A stretch of DNA of 64,000 nucleotides from Mycobacteriales bacterium (GTDB lineage: Bacteria; Actinomycetota; Actinomycetes; JAFAQI01; DASSKL01). The DNA is taken from NCBI GenBank assembly GCA_035690485.1, contig DASSKL010000008.1, forward strand, positions 62,586-126,585, given 5' to 3'. Below the pieces are notes generated by a model, which saw only the letters and a program-made list of their open reading frames with translations, did no database searches and had not been told where the DNA came from. Positions 18,399 through 27,927 of the stretch are shown here, in pieces (the stretch's first letter is position 1; each line of letters begins with the position of its first letter). The translations under genes were made by a program, and so were the position numbers.

Positions 18399-19040
18399 GT
18401 GCTCGACCGTCTGCCGACCGTCGTCGCCACCAAGATGAAGATGCTCGCGCTCGTCGCCGCGGCCACCACCGCGGGCGGCACCGGCGCCTACGCCGTCGTC
18501 GCGTCGGTGACGCCGGCGCCGCTCAACACCGTCACCGTCGCCAGCGACACCACGGCGAGCCCCGACCCGTCGGTGACCGACTCGCCGACGACGGACCCGT
18601 CGACCGGCACCGACCCGACCGACACCGCCTCGCCGACGGACTCCCCGACCGACTCGCCCGACCCGTCGCCCACCGACTCGGTCGGCACCAACGCCGCACC
18701 GACCGACGGCAGCACCCCCACGTGCCCCGCCGGTGTGACCAACCACGGCCAGTACGTGTCCTCGGTCGCCCGCGACAAGAGCACGACGGGCCGCGACCAC
18801 GGCAAGGCCGTCTCCGAAGCCGCGCACAGTGACTGCGGCAAGACCGCGCCCGACAGCACCGGCACCGACGGCACCACGGGCGAGTCCGCCGACCCGACGG
18901 ACACCGCAAGCGCCACCCCGACGGACAGCCCGACCGACACGCCGACGACCACGCCCAGCACCGACGGCAGCGCGTCGACCGGCTCCGCGACCACCAGCGG
19001 GCACGGTCACGGCCACGGCAACGGGCACGGCCACCACTGA
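18399..19040 (+). CDS. Secreted low-complexity Pro/Thr/Asp/Ser-rich protein with C-terminal (His-Gly)n tail
   Basis: GTG start with GGAGG 5 nt upstream. Signal-peptide-like N-terminus (KMKMLALVAAATTAGGTGAYA). Long PT/D/S-rich region, two Cys, C-terminus SGHGHGHGNGHGHH. An alternative ATG start lies at 18435. Confidence 0.6.
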   Translation: MLDRLPTVVATKMKMLALVAAATTAGGTGAYAVVASVTPAPLNTVTVASDTTASPDPSVTDSPTTDPSTGTDPTDTASPTDSPTDSPDPSPTDSVGTNAAPTDGSTPTCPAGVTNHGQYVSSVARDKSTTGRDHGKAVSEAAHSDCGKTAPDSTGTDGTTGESADPTDTASATPTDSPTDTPTTTPSTDGSASTGSATTSGHGHGHGNGHGHH

Positions 19041-19062
19041 TCGCACGCACCACCCCCTCCAC

Positions 19063-19093
19063 GCGGGGACCGTCCACTCCGGACGGTCCCCGC
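19063..19093 (+). terminator. Perfect 13-bp stem / 5-nt loop hairpin downstream of the PT-rich gene
   Basis: gcggggaccgtcc-actcc-ggacggtccccgc, 23 nt after the stop at 19040. No U-tract, as is usual in high-GC actinobacteria. Confidence 0.4.
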
Positions 19094-19171
19094 ACCCGTG
19101 TACGGGGGTGACCCGGAGGCCGGGTGGAAAGATGGCAGACGACCCCCGACGTCGTGGGAGAGGAAGCCGAC

Positions 19172-20551
19172 GTGGCGAGCACGCAATCCGCCGACCTCGT
19201 GATCCTCGGGGCCGGTAGCGGGGGCTACGCCTGCGCCCTGCGCGCGGCGGAGCTGGGCATGTCGGTCGTCCTCGTCGAGCGTGACCGCGTCGGCGGCACC
19301 TGCCTGCATCGCGGTTGCATCCCGACGAAGGCCTTGCTGCACGCCGCCGAGGTCGCCGACTCCGCACGGGACAGCGAGGCCGTCGGCGTACGCGCCACGC
19401 TCGACGGCATCGACATGGCCGGCGTCAACGCCTACAAGAACAAGGTGGTCGAGCGGCTCTGGAAGGGGCTGACCGGGCTCATCAGCTCCCGGAAGATCAC
19501 GGTCGTCGAGGGTGAGGGCCGGCTGGTCGCGACCAACGCCGTCCAGGTGGGTGACGACCGGTTCGAGGCCGGCCGGGCGGTCGTCCTCGCCAGCGGGTCG
19601 CAGTCGAAGACGCTGCCCGGGCTGGAGGTCGACGGCGAGCGCATCATCACGAGCGACCAGGCGCTGACCCTCGACCGGGTGCCGTCGTCGGTGGTCGTGC
19701 TCGGCGGCGGGGTCATCGGCGTGGAGTTCGCCAGCGTCTGGCGGTCGTTCGGCGCCGAGGTGACGATCGTCGAGGCCCTCCCGCACCTGTTGCCGGCCGA
19801 GGAGGAGTCGAGCTCGAAGCTGCTCGAGCGGGCGTTTCGCAAGCGGGGCATCGGCTTCAAGGTCGGCGTGCGCTTCTCCGACGTGAAGGTCACCGACTCC
19901 GGTGTCGCCGTCTCGCTGGAAAGCGGCGAGACCGTCGAGAGCGAGCTGCTGCTCGTCGCCGTCGGGCGAGGCCCGGTGTCCGACGGGTTGGGTTACGCCG
20001 ACAACGGCGTCGAGATGGACCGCGGCTACGTGCTCGTCGACGACTACTGCCAGACCAACGTGCCGGGCATCTACGCACTGGGCGACCTGCGGCCCGGCTT
20101 GCAGCTCGCCCACGTCGGCTTCGCCGAGGGGATCATGGTCGCCGAACGGATCGCCGGGCTCAACCCGGCCCCGGTCGACTACGTCAACGTGCCGCGCATC
20201 ACCTACTCCGACCCCGAGGTCGCCTCGGTGGGGCTGACAACCGCCCAGGCGAAGGAACGCGGGATGGAGACCGTCGAGGTGACCTACGACCTCGCCGGCA
20301 ACGGCCGCGCCCAGATCCTCCAGACATCCGGCGCGGTCAAGGTCATCGCCGCCAAGGACGGACCGGTGATCGGCGTACACATGGTCGGCGCTCGCGTCGG
20401 CGACCTCATCGCCGAGGCTCAGCTCATCACCAACTGGGAGGCGCTGCCCGCCGAGGTCGCCCAGCTCATCCACCCGCACCCGACGTTGTCCGAGGCGTTG
20501 GGCGAGGCGCATCTCGCGCTCGCCGGCAAGCCGCTGCACACCCACGGGTAG
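19172..20551 (+). CDS. lpd: Dihydrolipoyl dehydrogenase (E3)
   Basis: GAGSGGY FAD motif, redox-active CLHRGCIPTK, NADH GGGVIGVEFA, C-terminal HPHPTLSE. GTG start preceded by GGGAGAGGAAG. The ORF extends to an ATG at 19124. Confidence 0.9.
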   Translation: MASTQSADLVILGAGSGGYACALRAAELGMSVVLVERDRVGGTCLHRGCIPTKALLHAAEVADSARDSEAVGVRATLDGIDMAGVNAYKNKVVERLWKGLTGLISSRKITVVEGEGRLVATNAVQVGDDRFEAGRAVVLASGSQSKTLPGLEVDGERIITSDQALTLDRVPSSVVVLGGGVIGVEFASVWRSFGAEVTIVEALPHLLPAEEESSSKLLERAFRKRGIGFKVGVRFSDVKVTDSGVAVSLESGETVESELLLVAVGRGPVSDGLGYADNGVEMDRGYVLVDDYCQTNVPGIYALGDLRPGLQLAHVGFAEGIMVAERIAGLNPAPVDYVNVPRITYSDPEVASVGLTTAQAKERGMETVEVTYDLAGNGRAQILQTSGAVKVIAAKDGPVIGVHMVGARVGDLIAEAQLITNWEALPAEVAQLIHPHPTLSEALGEAHLALAGKPLHTHG

Positions 20552-20605
20552 GACGGTCGGAGAACCCGCCGCCCACCCGGTCGACCGAAGGAGCACGCAG
20601 CACCC

Positions 20606-22141
20606 ATGGCCGTCTCCGTCACCATGCCACGCCTCGGCGAGAGCGTGTCCGAGGGCACGATCACCCGCTGGTTGAAGAAGGAGGGCGAGCACGTCGAGGC
20701 CGACGAGCCGCTGCTCGAGGTCTCGACCGACAAGGTCGACACCGAGATCCCCTCACCGGCCTCGGGCGTGCTGACCGCCATCAAGGTCGCCGAGGACGAG
20801 ACCGTCGAGATCGGCGCCGAGCTGGCCGTCATCGACGAGACAGGCGGCGCGGAGACGACCCAGGGCACCGTCGACGTGACCGCGCAAGAGCAGTCGCGGC
20901 AGGCAGGCGCACCGGCCCCCGCCCCGCAGCAGCAGCCCGAGCAGGCCGCCGAGGAGCAGGCACCGCCCGCGGAGCCGGTGCCGCAGCAGCCGGCCGCCCA
21001 GCAGGCACCCCCACCACCCCCGCAGCAGGCACCCCCACCACCCCCGCAGCAAGCACCCCCGGCTCCCCCGCAGCAGGCGCCACCGGCCGTGGCGCAGCAA
21101 CCGGCGCAGCAGGCACCCCCGCCCGCGAGCGACGGGCAGGCGAGCGATGCGGCGTACGTCACCCCGCTGGTCCGCAAGCTGGCGGCCGAGCACGGCGTCG
21201 ACCTGGAGCAGATCCAGGGGACCGGTGTCGGCGGGCGCATCCGCAAGCAGGACGTGCTCGACGCCGCCCGTACCGGCGGGGCCGCACCGACCAACGCGCA
21301 AGCGCCCGCTGCGCAGGCCGCTCCCCCGCAGCAACCGGCGGCCCCATCGCAGCCGGCAGCCGCCCGGCCGGCCGGCGCCCCCCCGGCGCAGCGGCCCGCA
21401 GCGGTCGGGCCGACGCCCGCGCGCGGCCACACCGAGACCCTCTCCCGGCTGCGCCGGGTCATCGCCGAGCGCATGACGGAGTCGCTGCAGACCAGCGCCC
21501 AGCTCACCACCGTCGTCGAGGTCGACGTCACCCGGATCGCCCGGCTGATCGACGTCGCCCGCCCCGATTTCGAGGCCCGTGAGGGCGTGAAGCTGCGCTA
21601 CCTGCCGTTCTTCGCCCTGGCCACCTGCGAGGCGCTGCGGGCACACCCGGCGGTCAACGCGTCGATCGACACCGACGCCGGCACGGTGACCTACCACGAC
21701 TCCGTGCATCTCGGGGTGGCCGTCGACACCGACCGCGGGCTCCTGGTGCCGGTGATCAGGGACGCCGGCGACCTCAACATCGCCGGCCTGGCCCGCAAGA
21801 TCGCGGATCTGGCCGAACGCACTCGCGGCAACAACGTGAGCCCCGACGAGCTCGGCGGCGGCACGTTCACACTGACCAACACCGGCTCGCGGGGCGCGCT
21901 GTTCGACACCCCGATCATCAACCAGCCGCAGGTCGGCATCCTCGGGACCGGGGCGGTCGTGAAACGGCCGGTCGTCGTCGAGGACCCCGAGCTCGGAGAG
22001 GTGATCACGATCCGCTGCGTGATGTATCTCGCCTTGACCTACGACCACCGGCTCGTCGACGGGGCCGACGCCGCACGCTTCCTCGGCACGGTCAAGGAGC
22101 GGCTGGAAGCCGGCGACTTCGCCGCGGACCTCGGCCTCTGA
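20606..22141 (+). CDS. sucB: 2-oxoacid dehydrogenase E2 (dihydrolipoyllysine-residue succinyl/acetyltransferase, DlaT/SucB-like)
   Basis: Single lipoyl domain ([13 protein letters not shown], lipoyl-Lys), a Pro/Ala/Gln linker, a peripheral subunit-binding domain ([34 protein letters not shown]) and a catalytic domain ending [14 protein letters not shown]. Confidence 0.9.
   Translation: MAVSVTMPRLGESVSEGTITRWLKKEGEHVEADEPLLEVSTDKVDTEIPSPASGVLTAIKVAEDETVEIGAELAVIDETGGAETTQGTVDVTAQEQSRQAGAPAPAPQQQPEQAAEEQAPPAEPVPQQPAAQQAPPPPPQQAPPPPPQQAPPAPPQQAPPAVAQQPAQQAPPPASDGQASDAAYVTPLVRKLAAEHGVDLEQIQGTGVGGRIRKQDVLDAARTGGAAPTNAQAPAAQAAPPQQPAAPSQPAAARPAGAPPAQRPAAVGPTPARGHTETLSRLRRVIAERMTESLQTSAQLTTVVEVDVTRIARLIDVARPDFEAREGVKLRYLPFFALATCEALRAHPAVNASIDTDAGTVTYHDSVHLGVAVDTDRGLLVPVIRDAGDLNIAGLARKIADLAERTRGNNVSPDELGGGTFTLTNTGSRGALFDTPIINQPQVGILGTGAVVKRPVVVEDPELGEVITIRCVMYLALTYDHRLVDGADAARFLGTVKERLEAGDFAADLGL
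20999..21094 (+). repeat. In-frame 24-nt tandem repeats (about 4 copies) encoding QQAPPPPP units in the E2 inter-domain linker
   Basis: cagcaggcacccccaccacccccg is repeated exactly twice, then appears as two degenerate copies. Confidence 0.8.
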
Positions 22142-22142
22142 C

Positions 22143-23072
22143 GTGCGCATCGTCGTCACCGGGGCATCGGGCCTGCTCGGGCCCCGGTTCGTCGACCAGA
22201 TGCGCGGCGCGGGCCACGAGGTGCTGCGCCTCGTGCGACGCGCGCCGGCGTCGGCGGACGAGCGCACCTGGGATCCGGCCGCCGGACGCCTCGACCCTGC
22301 GATCTTCGAGGGCGTCGACGCGGTCGTGCACCTGTCCGGCGCCAACCTCGGCGACAAGCGCTGGACCGGCGAGTACAAGCAGGTGTTGCGCGACAGCCGC
22401 ATCGTCAGCACCGGCCTGGTGAGCCGCACGCTGGCCGACCTGCCGCACCCGCCCGGGGTCCTCGTGTGCGCGTCGGCGGTCGGCTACTACGGCGACTGCG
22501 GCGAGCGGCACGTCGACGAGACCGCCCCACCGGGAGAAGGCTTCCTCGTCGACCTCGTCGTCGACTGGGAGCGGGCGACGGCACCCGCGTCCGAGGCCGG
22601 GGTCCGCGTCGTCCTCATGCGCAGCGGGATCGTGCTGGCGCCGGACGGAGGCGCCCTGAAGAAGATGCTGCCGATCTTCAAGGCCGGCCTCGGGGCACGC
22701 CTCGGCTCCGGGCAGCAGTGGTGGAGCTGGATCGCCGTGCACGACCAGCTGGCCGCGATGCGCTACCTCGTCGAGAACGACGCAGTCCGGGGTCCGGTCA
22801 ACGTCGTGGCGCCGCACCCGGTGCGCAACGTGGAGTTCACCCGGTCGCTGGCCCGCGCGCTGCACCGGCCGGCCGCCCTGGCCGCGCCGGCCTTCGCGCT
22901 GCGGCTGCTGTTCGGCGAGCTGGCCGACGCCGGGCTGCTCTGGAGCCAGCACGTCGTGCCGCAGGCCCTCCTCGACGCCGGGTTCAGCTTCCGCCATCCC
23001 GATCTCGACGGCGCCCTCGCCAGCCTGCTCCAGCAAGACGGCCCCGCCCCGCGCCCCGCGGCCGAGGGCTAG
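22143..23072 (+). CDS. TIGR01777-type epimerase-family protein (NAD-binding Rossmann plus DUF1731; Rv2216-like)
   Basis: MRIVVTGASGLLG Rossmann N-terminus, ~309 aa, C-terminal DUF1731-like. It sits right after E2, as in mycobacterial synteny. GTG start 2 nt after the sucB stop. Confidence 0.8.
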   Translation: MRIVVTGASGLLGPRFVDQMRGAGHEVLRLVRRAPASADERTWDPAAGRLDPAIFEGVDAVVHLSGANLGDKRWTGEYKQVLRDSRIVSTGLVSRTLADLPHPPGVLVCASAVGYYGDCGERHVDETAPPGEGFLVDLVVDWERATAPASEAGVRVVLMRSGIVLAPDGGALKKMLPIFKAGLGARLGSGQQWWSWIAVHDQLAAMRYLVENDAVRGPVNVVAPHPVRNVEFTRSLARALHRPAALAAPAFALRLLFGELADAGLLWSQHVVPQALLDAGFSFRHPDLDGALASLLQQDGPAPRPAAEG

Positions 23073-24304
23073 GCCGGCTGCACCGACCACAGCCGCCAGC
23101 CGTCCGCTTCACGCTGCACGACGACCGTCCAGGTCCGCGCCGGCCGCGGCGCGACGTGCTCGAGGACCCGCCCGCCCGCGGTGACGACGTCGTACGCCGA
23201 GAGCGTGTCGGTGACTGCCAAGGTGACCCGGCCCGCCGCGGCGGACACGGCTCGGACGGCGAGCACGGAGCTTGCGTAGCCGGGGACCGCCGCCGCCCCG
23301 GCCGCGCGCCACCGTTGCACGGTGCCGACGTCGGCCGCACGTTGCGGGGCGGCACCGGCATAGACCGCGGTGAGCGCGACCGGATCGAGCCGGCGGATCG
23401 CCGTCACGCGGCTCGCGACCAGATCCGCCACCACGGCCGACCAGTCAGGCCCTCGCGACAGGTGCGCGGGAGACGGCCGCGAACGACCGTGACCGGCCAG
23501 CACCCCGAGCACGACCCCCGCGCCAGCCACCAGCGCCAGCAGGGCCACCGCCGGCCAACGTCGGGTCGCGCCGCCCGGCTGCGCGCGAGACGCCGGTGCG
23601 GGTGACGCGTGGACCGGCTCCTCCTCCTGGCCGGCCTGCCCCGGCGGCAGGCCAGCAACAGTGACTACCGGCGATGTCACGTCGACTGCGGCCGCGAGCG
23701 CCGCACCGAGCTCGACCATGGTCGGCCGCTCTGCGGGTGGGGCGTGCGCGGCGGCGCGCAGCACCTCCTGCGGCGCTCCGGCGGCATAGCGCAGGCAGAG
23801 CAGCGCGATCGCCCGGACATCGCCAGCCGGACAGGGTGGCTCATCGGCGTATGGGCTGCGGTGCGCGGTGCCGTCGAGCGCACCGAGCAACCGCGTGACG
23901 TCGACGTCGAGCAGCAGCCGACCGTCCCCCACCAGGACGTTGGCCGGAGTCAAGGCACCGTGCACGGTCCCCTGCGCGTGCAACCGGGCCAGGGCGACCG
24001 CCAGGGCCGCGAAGTGCGCCAGTGGCTGGGATCCCGCCGCCCGCAGGCTGCCCCCGACCGCGAGATCGGTGACCACCGCGACCTCGCGCCCGGACGTCAC
24101 GAGGCCGCGCAACGTCACGTAGCCCGCATCGGGCAGGTCCGCGGCCAGCAACCGCTCGGCCGCGCGGCGGGCGACCGCCGGCCGGAGCCGCCGGAGCATC
24201 CGCGCGGCGCCGGTCGACGTCTCGACGGCCGACCACGCCTCACCCGCGGGGCCGACACCGAGCAGCCGGTCGAGCCCGTAGCCGGGGAACTCAGGCGACG
24301 TCAT
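23069..24304 (-). CDS. Membrane-anchored protein with N-terminal degenerate Ser/Thr-kinase-like (pseudokinase) domain, one TM, C-terminal extracytoplasmic domain
   Basis: Start MTSPEFPGYGLDRLLGVGPAGEAW (Gly-rich-loop-like). The catalytic loop reads HGALTPANVL instead of HRDLKPxN, and no VAIK lysine is present. TM WPAVALLALVAGAGVVLGVLAG, then a ~150-aa domain. Only the 3' third of the 1115-aa ORF 23069..26416 is used. Confidence 0.6.
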   Translation of the reverse strand: MTSPEFPGYGLDRLLGVGPAGEAWSAVETSTGAARMLRRLRPAVARRAAERLLAADLPDAGYVTLRGLVTSGREVAVVTDLAVGGSLRAAGSQPLAHFAALAVALARLHAQGTVHGALTPANVLVGDGRLLLDVDVTRLLGALDGTAHRSPYADEPPCPAGDVRAIALLCLRYAAGAPQEVLRAAAHAPPAERPTMVELGAALAAAVDVTSPVVTVAGLPPGQAGQEEEPVHASPAPASRAQPGGATRRWPAVALLALVAGAGVVLGVLAGHGRSRPSPAHLSRGPDWSAVVADLVASRVTAIRRLDPVALTAVYAGAAPQRAADVGTVQRWRAAGAAAVPGYASSVLAVRAVSAAAGRVTLAVTDTLSAYDVVTAGGRVLEHVAPRPARTWTVVVQREADGWRLWSVQPA

Positions 24305-24373
24305 GAGGGCGATGCAACCAGCGACGGCCGACGGTCGGCGTTCGCTGTCCACAGGCCGTCCGGCGGGCAGGGC

Positions 24374-25546
24374 ATGATGGCCGGCGTGCGGACGCTGAGC
24401 CAGCAGGAGCAGGACATCGTCGACGTCGTCACGGAGTTCGTCGACCGGCAGGTGAAGCCGGTCGCCCGTGACCTGGAGCATGCCAACACCTATCCGGACA
24501 AGTTGATCGCCACCATGCGCGATCTCGGAATCTTCGCGTTGGTGATCCCGCCGGACTACGGCGGCATCGGCGTGTCGACCCCGTGCTTCGCGGCGGTGAC
24601 CGAGGAGCTCGCGCGCGGCTGGATGACCCTCGCCGGTGCCATGGGCGGGCACTCCGTCGTCGCGACCATGCTGCGGCTGTTCGGCACCGAGGAGCAACGA
24701 CGGCGCTACCTGCCGCGGATGGCGACCGGTGAGATCCGCGCCGCGATGGCCCTCACCGAGCCGGGCGGCGGGTCGGACCTGCAGGCGATGCGCACTCGCG
24801 CGATCCGGCAGGCGGACGGAGACTACCTCGTCAACGGTACGAAGATGTGGATCACCAACGCCCGCACGGCCGGGCTGATCGCGCTGCTCTGCAAGACGAA
24901 TCCCGATGCCAGCCCGTCGCACCGTGGCGTGAGCATCCTGCTGATGGAACCGGCGTACGGCTACGAGGTCTCCCGCGACCTGCCGAAGCTCGGCTACAAG
25001 GGCGTCGAGACCTGCGAGCTGGCATTCGACGACGTGCACGCCCCCGGTGACGCGCTGCTCGGCGGCGAGGAGGGGCAGGGCTTCGCACAGTTCATGAAGG
25101 GTCTCGAGCTCGGCCGGATCCAGGTCGCCTCCCGCGGGGTCGGCGTCGCCCAGGCCGCGCTCGACGACGCGCTCGCCTATGCCCAGCAGCGGGAGAGCTT
25201 CGGCGTGCCGATCTGGGAGCACCAGGCGGTCGGCCACCAGCTCGCGGAGATGGCGACGAAGACCGAGGCCGCGCGCCAGCTGGTGCTGCACGCCGCGCAG
25301 GTCTTCGACACCGGGGCCCGCGCCGACCTCGAGGCCGGCATGGCCAAGCTGTTCGCCTCGGAGATCTGCATGCAGGTGACCCTCGACGCGATGCGGGTGC
25401 ACGGTGCGGCGGGTTACTCGACCGAGGTCGACATCGAACGCTACTTCCGCGACGCCCCGCTGATGATCGTCGGCGAGGGCACCAACGAGATCCAGCGCAA
25501 CGTCATCGTGCGCCAGCTGATCGCCCGCGCGCAGCGAGGCGGCTGA
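24374..25546 (+). CDS. Acyl-CoA dehydrogenase
   Basis: 390 aa with ALTEPGGGSDL, YLVNGTKMWITNA and the C-terminal catalytic region with IVGEGTNEIQR. ATG at 24374 inside the longer ORF 23609..25546. Confidence 0.85.
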   Translation: MMAGVRTLSQQEQDIVDVVTEFVDRQVKPVARDLEHANTYPDKLIATMRDLGIFALVIPPDYGGIGVSTPCFAAVTEELARGWMTLAGAMGGHSVVATMLRLFGTEEQRRRYLPRMATGEIRAAMALTEPGGGSDLQAMRTRAIRQADGDYLVNGTKMWITNARTAGLIALLCKTNPDASPSHRGVSILLMEPAYGYEVSRDLPKLGYKGVETCELAFDDVHAPGDALLGGEEGQGFAQFMKGLELGRIQVASRGVGVAQAALDDALAYAQQRESFGVPIWEHQAVGHQLAEMATKTEAARQLVLHAAQVFDTGARADLEAGMAKLFASEICMQVTLDAMRVHGAAGYSTEVDIERYFRDAPLMIVGEGTNEIQRNVIVRQLIARAQRGG

Positions 25547-25570
25547 CGCTCCGCGGCGTAGCCTCGAACC

Positions 25571-26218
25571 ATGGCCGGCATCGCGTTCGTGCACCCGGGA
25601 CGGGTGCCCTACCTTGACGCCTGGCAGCAGCAGCAGGAGCTGCACGCCCGACGGGCCGCCGGCGACGTCGGCGACAGCGTGCTGCTGCTGGAGCACGATC
25701 CGGTCTACACCGCGGGCCGGCGCACGTCGGCCTTCGAGCGACCCGCCGGCGACCCCGGTGCACCGGTCGTCGACGTCGACCGCGGCGGCAAGATCACCTG
25801 GCACGGCCCCGGGCAGCTGACCGGCTACCCGATCGTCGCGCTGCCCGAACCGCTCGACGTCGTGTCCTACGTCCGCCGCCTGGAAACCGCGCTCATCGGC
25901 ACCTGCGCGGATCTCGGCCTCGCCACGGTCCGGGTCCCCGGCCGCAGCGGCGTCTGGGTGCCGGCCGACGGGAACGGCCCCGACCGCAAGGTCGCCGCGA
26001 TCGGCGTGCGGGTCGCCCGCGGCGTGACGATGCACGGATTCGCGCTCAACTGCGACTGCGACCTCACGTGGTTCGACCGCATCGTGCCGTGCGGCATCAC
26101 CGACGCCGGCGTGACCTCGCTCACCCGCGAGCTCGGCCGTCCCGTCACGGTGGCCGACGCGATGCCCGTCGTGGAACGCCACCTGCTCGCCGTCCTGGAG
26201 CCCGACCTTGTCGGCTGA
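25571..26218 (+). CDS. lipB: Octanoyltransferase LipB
   Basis: [20 protein letters not shown], the catalytic Cys region [10 protein letters not shown]. 215 aa. Confidence 0.9.
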   Translation: MAGIAFVHPGRVPYLDAWQQQQELHARRAAGDVGDSVLLLEHDPVYTAGRRTSAFERPAGDPGAPVVDVDRGGKITWHGPGQLTGYPIVALPEPLDVVSYVRRLETALIGTCADLGLATVRVPGRSGVWVPADGNGPDRKVAAIGVRVARGVTMHGFALNCDCDLTWFDRIVPCGITDAGVTSLTRELGRPVTVADAMPVVERHLLAVLEPDLVG

Positions 26219-27167
26219 GGCACCCGACACCGCGATCGGGCCCGACGGCCGCCGGCTGCTGCGGCTGGAGGTGCGCAACGCCGCCGTACCGATCGAGCGC
26301 AAGCCCCCCTGGATCAAGACGCGCGCCCGCATGGGCCCCGAGTTCGCCGCGCTGAAGTCGATGGTCCGCTCCGAGGGCCTGCACACGGTCTGCGAGGAAG
26401 CAGGCTGCCCCAACATCTACGAGTGCTGGGAGGACCGGGAGGCGACGTTCCTCATCGGCGGCGAGCAGTGCACCCGGCGCTGCGACTTCTGCCAGATCGC
26501 CACCGGCCGCCCCGCACCGCTCGACCGCGACGAGCCGCGCCGCGTCGCGGAGTCCGTGCAGGCGATGGGGCTGCGCTACGCGACCGTCACCGGCGTGACG
26601 CGCGACGACCTGCCCGACGGCGGTTCGTGGCTGTACGCCGAAACCGTGCGGCAGATCCATGCGCACGTGCCCGGCTGCGGGGTCGAGGTGCTGATCCCCG
26701 ACTTCGACGGCATCCCGGAGCAGCTCGCCGAGGTCTTCTCGGCCAAGCCGCAGGTGCTCGCCCACAACGTCGAGACCGTGCCCCGGATCTTCCGCCGGAT
26801 CCGGCCGGGATTCCGCTACCAGCGCTCGCTCGACGTGCTGACCGCCGCGCGCGCGGCCGGGCTGGTCACGAAGTCAAACCTCATCCTCGGCCTGGGCGAG
26901 GAGCGCGCCGAAGTCGTCGAGACCATGCAGGCGCTGCACGCCGCCGGCTGCGAGCTGTTGACGATCACGCAGTACCTGCGCCCCTCACCCCGCCACCATC
27001 CCGTCGTGCGCTGGGTGCACCCGGACGAGTTCGTCGAGCTGGCGCGGGAGGCCGAGCAGATCGGCTTCATCGGCGTGCTCAGCGGTCCGCTGGTGCGCTC
27101 GTCGTACCGCGCCGGACGCCTCTACAGCCAGGCCGTCGAGGCTCGCGGCACGCGCACGTCGGGCTGA
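26208..27167 (+). CDS. lipA: Lipoyl synthase LipA
   Basis: [13 protein letters not shown] and [10 protein letters not shown] radical-SAM/auxiliary cluster motifs. N-terminus ...[12 protein letters not shown] matches mycobacterial LipA. Apparent TTG start overlapping the lipB stop. Confidence 0.9.
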   Translation: MSAEAPDTAIGPDGRRLLRLEVRNAAVPIERKPPWIKTRARMGPEFAALKSMVRSEGLHTVCEEAGCPNIYECWEDREATFLIGGEQCTRRCDFCQIATGRPAPLDRDEPRRVAESVQAMGLRYATVTGVTRDDLPDGGSWLYAETVRQIHAHVPGCGVEVLIPDFDGIPEQLAEVFSAKPQVLAHNVETVPRIFRRIRPGFRYQRSLDVLTAARAAGLVTKSNLILGLGEERAEVVETMQALHAAGCELLTITQYLRPSPRHHPVVRWVHPDEFVELAREAEQIGFIGVLSGPLVRSSYRAGRLYSQAVEARGTRTSG

Positions 27168-27191
27168 CCAGGCCTCACCCGGGCCGACCGT

Positions 27192-27881
27192 ATGCTGGCC
27201 GGCATGGCCCGAGACGACTCCAAATCCGGCGGCCGGCTCGAGCAGATCAAGCTGGTCTACTCGTTCACCCGCGAACGCGACCCCCAGATCCTGCTCTGGA
27301 TCGCGCTGCCGGCGATCGCCATCTTCGCCGTGCTGCTGGCACTCGGCTTCGTCTTCGGGCACCCGATCTACCTCGGCGTGATCGGGTTCATCGCTGCCCT
27401 GCTCTGGATGACCAGCATCTTCGGTCGCCGCTCGATGTCTGCGCAGTACGCCAGTGTCGAGGGCCAGCCCGGCGCCGCGGCCGCCGTCCTGTCCTCGCTG
27501 CGCGGCACGTGGAAGGTGCAGCCCGCGGTCGCGCTCAACCGCAACCAGGACCTCGTGCACCGCGCGGTCGGCCGGCCCGGCATCGTGCTCGTCGGCGAGG
27601 GCGCACCGAGCCGGGTGGGGCCGCTCATCGCCCAGGAGCGCAAGCGGGTCACCCGGATCGCGGGCGACATCCCGATCTACGAGGTGCAGGTCGGCGCCGA
27701 AGAAGGTCAGGTCGACCTGCGCAAGCTGCAGGCGCACCTCGGCAAGCTGCCGCGCAACCTCAAGCCGCGTGAGGTCGACGCGGTCGACAACCGGCTGCGT
27801 GCACTGGGTGGCGCCGCCATGCCGGTGCCGAAGGGCCCGCTCCCCCGCGGCGGCCGGATCCCGCGCGGCAAGATGCGCTGA
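27192..27881 (+). CDS. DUF4191-family membrane protein (Rv2219-like)
   Basis: Basic N-terminus, two TM helices. It follows lipA as in mycobacteria. The start may be ATG 27192 or 27204. Confidence 0.75.
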   Translation: MLAGMARDDSKSGGRLEQIKLVYSFTRERDPQILLWIALPAIAIFAVLLALGFVFGHPIYLGVIGFIAALLWMTSIFGRRSMSAQYASVEGQPGAAAAVLSSLRGTWKVQPAVALNRNQDLVHRAVGRPGIVLVGEGAPSRVGPLIAQERKRVTRIAGDIPIYEVQVGAEEGQVDLRKLQAHLGKLPRNLKPREVDAVDNRLRALGGAAMPVPKGPLPRGGRIPRGKMR

Positions 27882-27927
27882 ACCCGCGGCGATCCCCGGC
27901 GGGGGCCAGGTGCGTCCGACGCAGCGG

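Noticed and set aside
18480-18970. Repetitive nucleotide tract considered as a possible CRISPR or non-coding repeat array
   Set aside because: The repeats are irregular triplet-phase (acc/gac/ccg) units inside an ORF with a signal peptide. There are no constant-length direct repeats with unique spacers and no cas genes.
18372-19367. 331-aa Arg/Gly-rich minus-strand ORF, with 18532..19182 likewise
   Set aside because: It is the reverse frame of the PT-rich repeat gene and the lpd upstream region. Its composition (R, G, A, V) is a mirror artefact of the ACC/GAC repeats.
20419-21531. 370-aa Cys/Ala/Gly-rich minus-strand ORF
   Set aside because: It is antisense to the E2 gene linker (reverse of the GCA/CCC repeats). 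It is not a real Cys-rich protein.
23069-26416. 1115-aa ORF on the minus strand
   Set aside because: Only the 3' 411 codons (23069..24304) form a coherent protein, the pseudokinase. The remainder is antisense to the acyl-CoA dehydrogenase, lipB and lipA genes, which have clear family motifs.
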